A stretch of DNA of 32,000 bases from a cyanobacterium endosymbiont of Braarudosphaera bigelowii (GCF_020885515.1 NZ_AP024987.1:360001-392000); one strand, 5' to 3'. Shown: positions 1-14,362, counted from the first letter of the stretch. Numbers and translations are program-made. Notes: generated from the sequence alone by a model not told the origin.

Positions 1-1
1 T

Positions 2-889
2 TCTATTTTAGGTTCACAAAAACCTTATATAAGCGATTTGCTAACATTAGGGGATTCTTGGTTAACTCAAGCTATTCAAAAAGATTTAATTCAACCTATA
101 GCTATAGATAATTGGCACAATTGGCATAAATTACCATCCTATTGGCAAAATTTAGTAATAAGAGATCAAAGTGGAAATTTGAATAGAGATGGGTTTATTT
201 GGGGAGCACCTTATCGATGGGGAACAACTTTAATAGCTTATCGAATTGATAAATTAAACTGGGATATTAAAGATTGGGACGATCTATGGAATCCAAAGTT
301 ACAAAATCGCATTTCTTTAATTGATCAGCCTCGAGAAGTAATTGGTTTTACCCTTAAAAAATTGGGTAAATCTTATAACACTAAAAATATAAGGGGTATT
401 CCTCAACTTAAATCAGAATTGAGGGCTTTAGATAAACAAATCAAGTATTATAACTCTCAATACTACTTACAGCCTTTGTTGATGGGAGAAGCTTGGGCAA
501 GTGTTGGTTGGTCAAACGATATTATTCCAATACTTGCTAGAAATCGCAATATTAAAGCTATAGTTCCAGCATCTGGAACTTCTTTATGGTCAGATGTTTG
601 GGTTGTGCCTAAAAAAAATAATATATCAGAATTATCAGATACGGCTCAAAAATGGATCGATTTTTGTTGGCAACCTGAAATGGCAGATCTAATTTCATTA
701 TTTACAAATGCTTCTTCTCCTATGATCAATAATCTTGATACTGAACAACTTTCCCCTGAAATTGTTAGCAATCCTTTATTATATCTTCAAACTAAAACCT
801 TTGATAAATGTGACTTTATAAAACCTCTATCAAAACAGGATCAAAAGGATTATATCGAGCTTTGGTCAAAAATTAAAAGCGTTAAATAA
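2..889 (+). CDS. Extracellular solute-binding protein, PotD-like (ABC transporter, polyamine-type family), 5'-truncated by window edge
   Basis: Reading frame is open to the window edge (SILGSQKPYISDLLTLGDSWLTQAIQ...), so the TTG at 38 is probably internal. Motifs GDSWL, WGAPYRWGTTLIAYR, LWNPKLQNRISLIDQPREVIGFTLK and GEAWASVGWSND resemble periplasmic type-2 solute-binding proteins. Confidence 0.75.
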   Translation, partial: SILGSQKPYISDLLTLGDSWLTQAIQKDLIQPIAIDNWHNWHKLPSYWQNLVIRDQSGNLNRDGFIWGAPYRWGTTLIAYRIDKLNWDIKDWDDLWNPKLQNRISLIDQPREVIGFTLKKLGKSYNTKNIRGIPQLKSELRALDKQIKYYNSQYYLQPLLMGEAWASVGWSNDIIPILARNRNIKAIVPASGTSLWSDVWVVPKKNNISELSDTAQKWIDFCWQPEMADLISLFTNASSPMINNLDTEQLSPEIVSNPLLYLQTKTFDKCDFIKPLSKQDQKDYIELWSKIKSVK

Positions 890-1114
890 AATTATATGAT
901 TGTGTGAACATTTTAAATATATCTTGATAAATACTGATGGTTTCAGAATGCTTTTCCATTTAATACGTTTATACAACTATATTTATAGTTTATTGCTATT
1001 TCAATATTGTAATTTTGTTCAGATACAAGTATAGATATATTATTTATTTGTACTAAACGTTGTAAATATAAAATATCTGTTATCTTTATATAAATTAGTG
1101 ATCTTATCAAAGTC

Positions 1115-2218
1115 ATGAAACGTCGCCATTTTATTAGTAATACTGCATTAGGTACAACTGTTGCAACTGCTTTAGGATCTTGTACGAGTAATTCTATTCA
1201 AAGAAGCAATTATGATATTTCATTGCCTTTTGTGCATTGGAAAATGCAGACTAGTTGGCCCAGATCATTAGATACAATTTTTGGTGGAGCACAAACTATC
1301 TGTGACCGTGTTAATGGCATGAGTGGGGGAAAATTTGTCATCACACCATATGCTAGTGGAGAAATTGTGCCAGGATTGGAAGTTTTAGATGCTGTTCAAC
1401 AAGGTACGGTAGAATGTGGTCATTCTTCAAGTTATTACTACATAGGGAAGAACTCTACTTTAGGTTTTGGAACATCTATGCCTTTTGGTTTTAATGCACA
1501 GCAACAAAATGCTTGGCTTTATCATGGAGGTGGCTTGGAGGCTATGAATAGAGTCTATTCAGACTTTAACATCATTAATTTCCCTGCTGGGAATACAGGG
1601 GCACAAATGGGTGGATGGTACAAGCAAGAGGTAAAATCTGTAAATGATTTAAAAGGTCTAAAAATGAGAATTCCTGGACTAGGAGGTCAGGTTATGTCTC
1701 GTTTGGGTGTTAATGTGCAAGTTTTACCTGGAGGTGAAATTTTCCTTGCGTTAGATACTGGAGCTATAGATGCTGCAGAATGGATTGGTCCTTATGATGA
1801 TCAAAAACTGGGTTTAAACAAAGCAGCTTCTTATTACTACTATCCTGGTTGGTGGGAGTTAGGGGCAACTTTAGATTTGCAAATTAATAAAGATGCTTGG
1901 AGAAAATTGCCAAAGGAATATCAATATATTTTGAAAGCTGCAACAATAGAGGCAAATTCTAATATGTTAAGTAGATACGATGCCCAAAATCGGATTGCAC
2001 TACAGTCTCTATTAAGAGAAGGAACTATTTTAGTTCCTTATTCTAAAGAAATTATGCAAGCGGCTAGAAAAGAATCGTTTGAATTATATGAAGAGAATGC
2101 AAGTAAAAATAAAATGTTTAGAGAAGTATACAGATCATGGAATAAATTTAGGGAAGAAATTTCTCAGTGGAATAGAATTAATGAATTAAGTTATGGAAAT
2201 TTTATTTCCGAACTTTAG
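1115..2218 (+). CDS. TRAP-type transporter periplasmic substrate-binding protein (DctP/2-oxoacid-binding family)
   Basis: 367 aa. N-terminus MKRRHFISNTALGTTVATALGSC has a twin-arginine motif followed by a lipobox-like LGSC. Body has family features (WPRSLDTIFGGAQTICDRVNGMSGGKFVITPYASGEIVPGLEVLDAVQQGTVECGHSSSYYYIGK, GLKMRIPGLGGQVMSRLGVNVQVLPGGEIFLALDTGAIDAAEWIGPYDD). Confidence 0.88.
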   Translation: MKRRHFISNTALGTTVATALGSCTSNSIQRSNYDISLPFVHWKMQTSWPRSLDTIFGGAQTICDRVNGMSGGKFVITPYASGEIVPGLEVLDAVQQGTVECGHSSSYYYIGKNSTLGFGTSMPFGFNAQQQNAWLYHGGGLEAMNRVYSDFNIINFPAGNTGAQMGGWYKQEVKSVNDLKGLKMRIPGLGGQVMSRLGVNVQVLPGGEIFLALDTGAIDAAEWIGPYDDQKLGLNKAASYYYYPGWWELGATLDLQINKDAWRKLPKEYQYILKAATIEANSNMLSRYDAQNRIALQSLLREGTILVPYSKEIMQAARKESFELYEENASKNKMFREVYRSWNKFREEISQWNRINELSYGNFISEL

Positions 2219-2305
2219 TCAATATCCCTGGTTACCGTAGGTATTTTGTGATTTAAGAGTGGTCTAATAAAATTATTTTACTTTTTCATACACATACTAT
2301 ACACG

Positions 2306-2347
2306 CTAAAAGCCCCCCTTTTTAATAATAAAAAGGGGGGCTTTTAG
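2306..2347 (-). terminator. Intrinsic terminator of the rRNA operon, possibly bidirectional with the TRAP gene
   Basis: Perfect 18-bp inverted repeat ctaaaagccccccttttt (2306-2323) / aaaaaggggggcttttag (2330-2347), 6-nt loop, just beyond the 5S 3' end. Poly-T/A tracts on both sides. Confidence 0.85.
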
Positions 2348-2359
2348 TTGAAATATTGA

Positions 2360-2476
2360 TTCTGGCATCGAACTATTGTTCCAGTGGGCTACCCCAAAAG
2401 TATCGTCGCCGCTGCCATGTTTAACTACCGAGTTCGGGATGGGATCGGAGTGGGTCCATGGCGCTAAAGACACCAG
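2360..2476 (-). rRNA. rrf: 5S ribosomal RNA
   Basis: Minus strand reads TGGTGTCTTTAGCGCCATGGACCCACTCCGATCCCATCCCGAACTCGGTAGTTAAACATGGCAGCGGCGACGATA...GTTCGATGCCAGA, typical cyanobacterial 5S; boundaries approximate. Confidence 0.92.
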
Positions 2477-2528
2477 AAAGTATTTAACATATACCCTCAA
2501 GACTGCAGTTAACAAATCAACATTGAAA

Positions 2529-5406
<2,878 letters not shown>

Positions 5407-5555
5407 TTTCTGGTCTTTAATTAAAAAATTAAGGCTTTAATGTTGACTTGTTTTATCTGCAGTTTTCAAGGTACTTACTGGACAATAACCATCCAGCATC
5501 CTGTCTTTTATAGACCTAGTGCTGAAGTATTTATGTCTCAAGAATATGGGTTAGA

Positions 5556-5629
<74 letters not shown>

Positions 5630-5739
5630 TCTCCCGGAACCCATTTATAGTTTAAAAGCTGTTTACATTTCCCTTGACGACCTTAGGATTGATGAAAGGT
5701 AGAGCTATATTTTACTCCATATCTTTCATTGGTCTCCCT

Positions 5740-7229
<1,490 letters not shown>

Positions 7230-7428
7230 GTTTGAATTGACTCTTTGCTTTTTCCTTATTTGGAAAAAGTAGTTATCAGTTTTACCTACATATGTCTAGA
7301 CAACTAGATATTATGAAAGGTATAATTTGTTTTAATAACAAGGGCTGTTTTTTTTCAGCTTTTAAACTATAAAAATTTCTTGGTTCGGAGCGCGTCCGGC
7401 GTTTCCGCTTTCAAACCGCGCATTTACA

Positions 7429-7457
7429 AATATAACCAATATGTCTTGAATTGTCAA
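7429..7457 (-). promoter_or_regulatory. Sigma70-type promoter of the rRNA operon
   Basis: Minus strand TTGACA (7457-7452), 17-nt spacer, TATATT (7434-7429). Followed by a GC-rich leader and about 200 nt later by 16S. Confidence 0.8.
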
Positions 7458-7738
7458 CCCCCTTTTCTATTTTTTTTAAGATATATATATATAATTCTTC
7501 CGAATCTCTTGCTAGATAGACCTTCTAGCCTTATCTCTGTTCCTCGCTTAAGTACTTATCACCTCCAGTACCCTTAATTCGATTGATTCTTTTTAAGACT
7601 AGATATGAAATATTTCTTTAGCACTTTTTAACAAAAATCTATACATTAACCTAGTACCCTGTGGCAAAATAAATGATATTAACTACATAGTCGTTAATAT
7701 CATTTATTTTTAATTACAATCACTATAATCAAATCCAG

Positions 7739-8815
7739 ATGACCCTACCTCTACCATCACCTTTAAAGAATCATCGCGCCGCTTTTCCCTTTACAGCCAT
7801 TATTGGGCAAGATGAAATGAAACTAGCCTTGATGCTTAATATTATTGATCCAAAAATTGGGGGTGTTATGATCATGGGTGATCGTGGCACTGGAAAATCT
7901 ACTACTATCAGAGCCCTTGCAGACTTACTTCCTGAAATAGAAGTCGTAGAAAATGATCCGTTTAACTCTCATCCTACTGACCCTGACCTTATGGGTGATA
8001 ATGCTCGTCAAACTCTCCAAAAAGATGGTTCACTAGTAACTATCTCTCAGAAAGTTACTATGGTAGATTTACCACTCGGTGCTACAGAAGATCGTGTATG
8101 TGGCACTATAGATATTGAAAAGGCTTTATCAGAAGGAGTAAAAGCTTTTGAGCCAGGATTACTAGCTAAAGCTAATCGTGGCATTCTTTATGTAGACGAA
8201 GTTAATTTACTTGATGATCACTTGGTTGATGTATTACTTGATTCAGCTGCTAGTGGATGGAATACAGTAGAAAGAGAGGGTATCTCTATTAGACATCCAG
8301 CTCGTTTTGTATTAGTAGGTTCAGGAAATCCAGAAGAAGGCGAATTAAGACCACAGTTACTTGACAGATTTGGGATGCATGCTGAAATTCGCACAGTTAA
8401 AGACTCTTTTTTACGAGTAGAAATAGTAGAACAAAGGACTCAATTTGATAGTGAGCCTCAAAAATTTTGTGAAGCTCATCAAGTTAGACAAGAAGAATTA
8501 CAAAAAACTTTAGTAAAAGCTCAAAATTTATTACCACTTGTTGAAATCGATCGCGACTTACAAGTAAAAATTTCTCAAGTCTGTTCCGAATTAGATGTTG
8601 ATGGATTAAGAGGAGATATAGTTGTTAATCGTGCTTCAAAAGCATTGGCAGCACTTGAAAAGCGTAAAAATGTCACAATAGAAGATATCAGCTCAATAAT
8701 CGTACTCTGTCTTCGCCATAGACTTCGAAAAGATCCCTTAGAAACAATAGACTCAGGTTATAAGGTTAAAAAGATTTTTAATCAAATATTTGGTATTGAA
8801 TCAGAAGAGAATTAA
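7739..8815 (+). CDS. chlI: Magnesium chelatase ATPase subunit I
   Basis: 358 aa; AAA+ ATPase with Walker [21 protein letters not shown], Walker [68 protein letters not shown], diagnostic of ChlI/BchI. Confidence 0.97.
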   Translation: MTLPLPSPLKNHRAAFPFTAIIGQDEMKLALMLNIIDPKIGGVMIMGDRGTGKSTTIRALADLLPEIEVVENDPFNSHPTDPDLMGDNARQTLQKDGSLVTISQKVTMVDLPLGATEDRVCGTIDIEKALSEGVKAFEPGLLAKANRGILYVDEVNLLDDHLVDVLLDSAASGWNTVEREGISIRHPARFVLVGSGNPEEGELRPQLLDRFGMHAEIRTVKDSFLRVEIVEQRTQFDSEPQKFCEAHQVRQEELQKTLVKAQNLLPLVEIDRDLQVKISQVCSELDVDGLRGDIVVNRASKALAALEKRKNVTIEDISSIIVLCLRHRLRKDPLETIDSGYKVKKIFNQIFGIESEEN

Positions 8816-8828
8816 TATGATTAGGTTC

Positions 8829-8864
8829 GTAGAGTCATTTTGAAATCTATTACATTGACTCTAC
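8829..8864. terminator. Candidate shared terminator hairpin between convergent chlI and gloA
   Basis: 9-bp perfect inverted repeat gtagagtca (8829-8837) / tgactctac (8856-8864), 18-nt loop. Location between convergent genes fits, but the T tract is weak. Confidence 0.4.
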
Positions 8865-8919
8865 AACTTTAGTTATAAAATTTAAAAAAATCTGATAATT
8901 CTAGTTTCCCTTTTTAAAC

Positions 8920-9306
8920 TCAATTTTCTATCTGAATTAACTCAATTGCATAACCATTGGGATCTACGATAAATGCAATGACTGTATTTCCATATTTCAT
9001 GGGTCCAGGTTCTCTAGTAACATTCCACCCTTTTTGCTTAATTGCGTTACAGGTAGAATAGATATTATTAACACCAATTGCGATATGTCCATATGCATTA
9101 CCTAAATTATAATTTGTAGGTTTCCAATTATGTGTTAATTCAATTAATGTTGAGTTAGACTCTTGAGAATACCCTACAAAAGCAAGGGTGAATTCTCCTT
9201 CCGGATAATCTTTTCTTTTAATTAATTTCATTTCTAGAATGTCGCAGTAAAAGCTTAAAGATTCTTCTAGATCCTTAACTCGTAACATCGTATGGAGAAG
9301 ATGCAT
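8920..9306 (-). CDS. gloA: Lactoylglutathione lyase (glyoxalase I)
   Basis: 128 aa; MHLLHTMLRVKDLEESLSFYCDILEMKLIKRKDYPEGEFTLAFVGYSQE...IELTHNW...GHIAIGV...REPGPMKYG...FIVDPNGYAIELIQ is classic glyoxalase I. Confidence 0.95.
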   Translation of the reverse strand: MHLLHTMLRVKDLEESLSFYCDILEMKLIKRKDYPEGEFTLAFVGYSQESNSTLIELTHNWKPTNYNLGNAYGHIAIGVNNIYSTCNAIKQKGWNVTREPGPMKYGNTVIAFIVDPNGYAIELIQIEN

Positions 9307-9803
9307 AGTTATATTTTTTCTTAAATAATTTTTCTGATATACAAATATAAGATTGGGTATCGTACCATCATTTATTGGTTGTAAATGATTACTAATTTCA
9401 TTTTACAATGAAAAGATTTAAAACAATTATTTTCATCAAACTGTACATAACACACCATATTATCCATATATACGAAAAATATAATATAATAATCAGGTGA
9501 AATTATTAATAATAATGTAATTTTTAGAGAACATAAATTATGTTCCTATCTACATTCATTTCATAGCAAACGCATAGTTTATTTAAGGAAGAAGGCCAGC
9601 TAGTATAAGCTTAAGATATATACCCTCTTTATATTCCTAAAACATTACACTTTTTGTAAGCACTAAAAAATTTATGAAATCAAATATCAACAACATAGTC
9701 AGATATAGATATTTACTATATGCAGAGAATAATTTATAAGAATTTAAAAAAAGTAATTAATTGTTTACGAGTTTTTTAGTTAATAATTTTAATTGATTAA
9801 GCA

Positions 9804-10520
9804 ATGGATAACATCTCATATTCTGCTACTGATGTTCAAAATATTTTTAATAATATTGCCCCTGTTTACGATGAACTTAATACTTTGTTAAGTATGGGTC
9901 AACATAAGATATGGAAACAAATGGCAGTAAAATGGAGTGAACCAAGTTTAGGTAATTTAGGTTTAGATGTTTGTTGCGGCAGTGGTGATTTGACTAAGTT
10001 ATTGGCTCGAAAAATTGGTAAAACAGGAAAAGTAATAGGAGTTGATTTTTCTAAAGAACTATTAACAATCGCTTCTCAACGTAATCATAAATATTATCCA
10101 TCCTTATCTGTAGAATGGATGCTAGGAGATGCTTTAAATTTACCATTTGAAGATAATACTTTTGATTGTGTTACCATGGGGTACGGTCTAAGAAATATTA
10201 TTGACATTCCTCGTTGTTTACGAGAACTACACCGTATTCTTAAACCTTGTTCTAAAGTTGCTATTTTAGATTTTCAGCGTCCATCTAATGCTTGGCAACA
10301 AATATTTCAAAAATTGTATCTTGATAGCTTTGTTGTTCCTGTAGCAAAACATTTCAAACTAGAAAAAGAATATAGTTATATTATGCCTAGCTTAGAAAAA
10401 TTTCCATCAGGGAAAAGGCAAGTTAAATTAGCTCTTGAAGCTGGATTTGATACTTCGGTTTACTATTCTATTGCTGGAGGTATGATGGGAGTTTTAGTAG
10501 GGACTAAAAAGTACTTATAG
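9804..10520 (+). CDS. menG: Ubiquinone/menaquinone (demethylphylloquinone) methyltransferase family protein
   Basis: 238 aa; VQNIFNNIAPVYDELNTLLSMGQHKIWKQMAV, LDVCCGSGDLTKLLARK, FDCVTMGYGLRNIIDIPRCLRELHRILKPCSKVAILDFQRPS are UbiE/MenG signatures. Confidence 0.9.
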   Translation: MDNISYSATDVQNIFNNIAPVYDELNTLLSMGQHKIWKQMAVKWSEPSLGNLGLDVCCGSGDLTKLLARKIGKTGKVIGVDFSKELLTIASQRNHKYYPSLSVEWMLGDALNLPFEDNTFDCVTMGYGLRNIIDIPRCLRELHRILKPCSKVAILDFQRPSNAWQQIFQKLYLDSFVVPVAKHFKLEKEYSYIMPSLEKFPSGKRQVKLALEAGFDTSVYYSIAGGMMGVLVGTKKYL

Positions 10521-10578
10521 AAGCTTTTTATATATCTTCTAAATTTTAGAATGAAGGTTAATATGTTGGATTTCTTTT

Positions 10579-11832
10579 ATGATTTTATTTGATACTTCTT
10601 CTCTTGATCTATTTACTATCTCTAGTGTTATTGTTCCACCATTAGCAGGAACAATTATTGGTTATTTCACTAATGACATTGCAATTAAGATGTTGTTTAG
10701 GCCTTACAAAGCAATCTATATCGGTAAATTTCGCTTGCCATTTACCCCTGGATTAATACCTCGCAATCAAAAGAGATTAGCTAAAAAGGTTTCAGATACC
10801 ATAATGGGATCTTTATTAACTCCAGAAGAATTACAAAAACTGGTGGGACGTTTACTAAAGGCTGAGAGAGCTAAAATAGCAATTTTATGGTTACTAAATC
10901 TTGCTATCCAACAAATAAAAGAAGATAAACAGCAGAAAACAGCCAAGATACTATCAGAAATTTTAAGAAATTTATTTAACGAATCATTACCTCGTTTACT
11001 AGAACTCTTAGCACGACGTCAAGATCTCTTAGAAGATCAAATCAATCAAATTTTTGACAAAATAATATTAGATTTTCAATTTTCTGATAATCAAGCTAAT
11101 CAGTTCGCTGATTGGTTACTAGAAAAAGTAGCTTCTCCTAATACTCTTCGAGAAACATTAATTGAATTTCTCTCCGAAAAGAATATTCAGACTATCGATG
11201 AAGGTATCAAAGAAAAGACTAGCGGTTCTTATTGGTTCATAGCTAATTTTTTTGGGGTTAGTGATACTTTGCTAAAATTGAAAAATTTTTGTTTAGAAGA
11301 GAAAGAAGTAGCCAATGCACGTCTTGAAGAACTACTACTTTCTTTGGAAATACGAAATCAATTAAAAGAATGGTTAAAAAACTTTTCTCTACGCAATCTT
11401 CCTGTCTCAACTATTAAAGAGTTAAGAAAAACTAACCGTGAAACTATTCAAAAGTATATTCAAAAAAGTGGTACTAGATTCATACAAGATTTTGGTACAA
11501 CAGTTAATTGGGAGCAATTATCAATATTAATAATTAATCGTATTCAAAACTCAACTATGTTAAATACTTCTCTTGAAACTGTAAGTCAAGAGTTGGCACT
11601 GGTTTTAGAGAAGTACCTCGAAAAGAATTTAGAGACAATTGTTCTTCAGACTATTCCTATCATGTCTATTGATCAAATAATTATTGATAGGATTAAGGCT
11701 ACATCTTCCAAAAACTTAGAAATAGCAGTACAAGGAATTGTTCAAAATGAATTACAAGCAATAGTTAACTTAGGAGGTGTTTTAGGTTTTATCGTAGGAG
11801 TATTTCAGACCTTTATTATCTTATTGAAATAA
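10579..11832 (+). CDS. DUF445 family membrane protein
   Basis: 417 aa; N-terminal TM with [50 protein letters not shown] and a C-terminal TM segment typical of DUF445/YheB-like proteins. Confidence 0.85.
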   Translation: MILFDTSSLDLFTISSVIVPPLAGTIIGYFTNDIAIKMLFRPYKAIYIGKFRLPFTPGLIPRNQKRLAKKVSDTIMGSLLTPEELQKLVGRLLKAERAKIAILWLLNLAIQQIKEDKQQKTAKILSEILRNLFNESLPRLLELLARRQDLLEDQINQIFDKIILDFQFSDNQANQFADWLLEKVASPNTLRETLIEFLSEKNIQTIDEGIKEKTSGSYWFIANFFGVSDTLLKLKNFCLEEKEVANARLEELLLSLEIRNQLKEWLKNFSLRNLPVSTIKELRKTNRETIQKYIQKSGTRFIQDFGTTVNWEQLSILIINRIQNSTMLNTSLETVSQELALVLEKYLEKNLETIVLQTIPIMSIDQIIIDRIKATSSKNLEIAVQGIVQNELQAIVNLGGVLGFIVGVFQTFIILLK

Positions 11833-11901
11833 CTAATTTTAAATAGCTATCTATATTCTATCTATGAGTATTAAGTTAATTATTAATATATAGGTTTGAG
11901 T

Positions 11902-12657
11902 TTACACCCCATTCAGTTTTAAAGTAGCAATATTCTTTCCAAGATTTTCAAGATGTTTTGATGATATTTTCTGAACTGCTTCTGAATTAAAACGATATCC
12001 TACATTACGTACAGTTTGAATTAAGCTAGGTTGACAAGAATCAATATCTATTTTCTTTCGCAAAGATAATACATGAGTGTCGATAGTGCGTGGATTGTCT
12101 ATAGCTTCTGGCCAAGCTTTTTGGAGTAGTTCTGAACGACTGAGAGGATTTCCTTCAACTTGTGCTAGGACGTAAAGTAAGCTAAATTCTTGTGGACTAA
12201 GGTCTATAAAGTTTCCTCGTAGTTGTACACGCCTTTGGACAAGATCAATTCTTAAGTCGCCATAATTTAAAGACAAAGGTGCAGAAGCAACACGTATACG
12301 TCTAGTCAATGCAGCTACTCTAGCCATAAATTCTTTCACTCCAAAAGGTTTTACCAAATAATCATCGGCACCTGCATTCAATCCTCTAACGACTTTTTTT
12401 TCTTCATGTTGATCAGACAATATAAGAATCATGGATTGTCTCTGTTGATAAAGCCATTGACACAATTCAATTGAATCTCCACTAGAGATATCTGTATCTA
12501 AAATAACTAGAGCTGGTTGCTTACGAGTAAAAATACTACGAGCTTGTTGTAAGTTTGAATATTGTTGTGTTGCGTAACCAGATTTTTGTAAATGCCAACT
12601 TAGTAAAGAACGTAGATGAGGATTTTCTTCAACAATGGCAGTATGAAAAAGGCTCAT
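11902..12657 (-). CDS. OmpR/PhoB-family two-component response regulator
   Basis: 251 aa; receiver domain (phosphoacceptor in LVILDTDIS, ADDYLVKPF) plus winged-helix C-terminal domain (LSPQEFSLLYVLAQ...TIDTHVLSLRKKI...SLIQTVRNVGYRF). Confidence 0.92.
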   Translation of the reverse strand: MSLFHTAIVEENPHLRSLLSWHLQKSGYATQQYSNLQQARSIFTRKQPALVILDTDISSGDSIELCQWLYQQRQSMILILSDQHEEKKVVRGLNAGADDYLVKPFGVKEFMARVAALTRRIRVASAPLSLNYGDLRIDLVQRRVQLRGNFIDLSPQEFSLLYVLAQVEGNPLSRSELLQKAWPEAIDNPRTIDTHVLSLRKKIDIDSCQPSLIQTVRNVGYRFNSEAVQKISSKHLENLGKNIATLKLNGV

Positions 12658-12854
12658 CTTAGTTTTTATTCCTCTAAATCAATATTCCTAATACTAGAAT
12701 ATCAAATTTTGTATTGAGAAATCTGTAATATTAACTACGACAATATATAAAGAAAACTTTAAAGTATATTTTTTACCAACAAAAAATAACATTTCAACAT
12801 ACTCTTTGCTGATAATTACCTGTTATAAATATAGAGTTTCATATATTAATGAAC

Positions 12855-12905
12855 AAACCTATAATAAAAAGTCTAAATTAAGTTTAGACTTTTTATTATA
12901 GGTTT
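12855..12905 (-). terminator. Intrinsic-terminator-like long hairpin downstream of grx
   Basis: Perfect 23-bp inverted repeat aaacctataataaaaagtctaaa (12855-12877) / tttagactttttattataggttt (12883-12905), 5-nt loop ttaag. Begins about 25 bp past the grx stop codon. Confidence 0.7.
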
Positions 12906-12930
12906 ACAATGTAATGAGAATATATACTTT

Positions 12931-13254
12931 TTAAGAAGCAAGAGCAATTTCTATTTGTTGTTGCAATTCTCCATTTTGATACATTTCAATCATTAAATCA
13001 GAACCACCAGCAAACTCACCATTAATATAAACTTGAGGGATAGTTGGCCAATCAGAATATTCTTTAATGCCTTCGCGAATCTCAGGATCACTTAGAACAT
13101 CAAAAGTCTCAAAAGTTTTTCCTAATGTGTTAAAAATTTGTACTACGTTATTAGAAAATCCACATTGAGGCATTAATTTACTGCCTTTAATGAATACGAA
13201 TATTGTATTGCTATTAACTAACTCTTCAATTCTGTTTTTAATTTCTGGTGTCAT
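12931..13254 (-). CDS. grxD: Monothiol glutaredoxin (Grx4 type, CGFS active site)
   Basis: 107 aa; VFIKGSKLMPQCGFSNNVVQIFNTLG...YSDWPTIPQVYINGEFAGGSDLMIEMYQNGEL. Confidence 0.95.
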   Translation of the reverse strand: MTPEIKNRIEELVNSNTIFVFIKGSKLMPQCGFSNNVVQIFNTLGKTFETFDVLSDPEIREGIKEYSDWPTIPQVYINGEFAGGSDLMIEMYQNGELQQQIEIALAS

Positions 13255-13307
13255 AATTACTCCTTAATATTTATTTATTGATTTAATTTTAAATTAGAAC
13301 TACATTA

Positions 13308-13577
13308 TTATGTAGCTTTAATTTTTTGTTGAGCTATTTTCCATGTTTTAGGTGTGTAAGTTTTTAATCCTAAAGCATGAATAGATTCAGAAACCATAGC
13401 ATCTTGAAGAGTACTATAAACTAATTGATGTTGTTTAATCATTGTTTTTCCCTCAAATTCTGTAGAAATGACAATTACCTCAAAATGATCACCTCCTCCA
13501 GTAAGGTCTTTGACAATTATCTGGGCTTCAGGAAGTTTAGTTTTAATCATATCTTCAACTTGTACTAGTGCAACCAT
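13308..13577 (-). CDS. BolA family protein
   Basis: 89 aa; IKTKLPEAQIIVKDLTGGGDHFEVIVISTEFEGKTMIKQHQLVYSTLQDAMVSESIHALGLKTYTP matches BolA/YrbA-like proteins. Adjacent to CGFS glutaredoxin. Confidence 0.92.
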   Translation of the reverse strand: MVALVQVEDMIKTKLPEAQIIVKDLTGGGDHFEVIVISTEFEGKTMIKQHQLVYSTLQDAMVSESIHALGLKTYTPKTWKIAQQKIKAT

Positions 13578-13738
13578 TTAAATTTGTTCCGAGGACATTG
13601 AGGATACTAAGATTATTGTTATCTACTGTATCAAACTTCGCTAAATTCAAAAATAGATATCAATACAATGTTTATATTCTTAAGTTTTTTTAGATCAGAT
13701 TTTATGCACTGTATAAAATTTTAAGTATTAAAAGAGTA

Positions 13739-14362
13739 TCAATTAAAATTGAGAGTAGCCTGTTCTTGATTATCAAAAGGGACATTTACAAAACCTAATT
13801 CGTATAATTGTCGATAAGATTTTTTTCCTAAATCTGTAGTAGGATTTTGGGAGCGGATTATTTGAATAAGTAAAGGAACAGCCAATTCAGCTTGATCTTG
13901 TGCTCTATGTACTAAAGCTAATTGATAAGTTGCTGAATCTCTCATTTGCCCTGTTTTTAATGCACTATTTCTTTGAGCATCATATACTTGTGTGTCTATA
14001 CCAGAAAAACTATTAGCTAGTTGTAAATGAAAATTAGATAACTGATTAAAAACCTTACGAGCTTGGCGTAATTTCGCTACTGCTAAGTCATAATTTTCTT
14101 GGTTGATAGCACTACTTGCTTCATTCATTAGTTTCTCTCCTCCCTGCAAACTTAGTAGACTATTGTCTTGTGTCAAGGGACGAAAATTATTAAAATCTGA
14201 TATATCATTTGCATTATCTTCTTGTTTTTCTACAGCTTGTTGAGATAAGGTAGATTGAGACAGCACTTGGCTAGGAAAAGTTATTGATGTCGCTATTTCT
14301 AAAATAAAAGAGATGAAGATAATACTAAGCAATTTATTGTTGAATACAAGAGACTTTAACAT
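13739..14362 (-). CDS. Conserved hypothetical secreted/anchored protein with TPR-like helices
   Basis: Preferred start is the internal ATG at 14362 (MLKSLVFNNKLLSIIFISF... signal-like N-terminus, AAAGG upstream) rather than 14425. Helical repeats EAIN.NYDLAVAKLRQARKVF, YQLALVHRAQDQAELAVPLLIQII. Confidence 0.7.
   Translation of the reverse strand: MLKSLVFNNKLLSIIFISFILEIATSITFPSQVLSQSTLSQQAVEKQEDNANDISDFNNFRPLTQDNSLLSLQGGEKLMNEASSAINQENYDLAVAKLRQARKVFNQLSNFHLQLANSFSGIDTQVYDAQRNSALKTGQMRDSATYQLALVHRAQDQAELAVPLLIQIIRSQNPTTDLGKKSYRQLYELGFVNVPFDNQEQATLNFN

Noticed and set aside
7380-7577. 65-aa ORF on + strand upstream of chlI
   Set aside because: Overlaps the rRNA promoter and GC-rich leader; no recognisable protein features.
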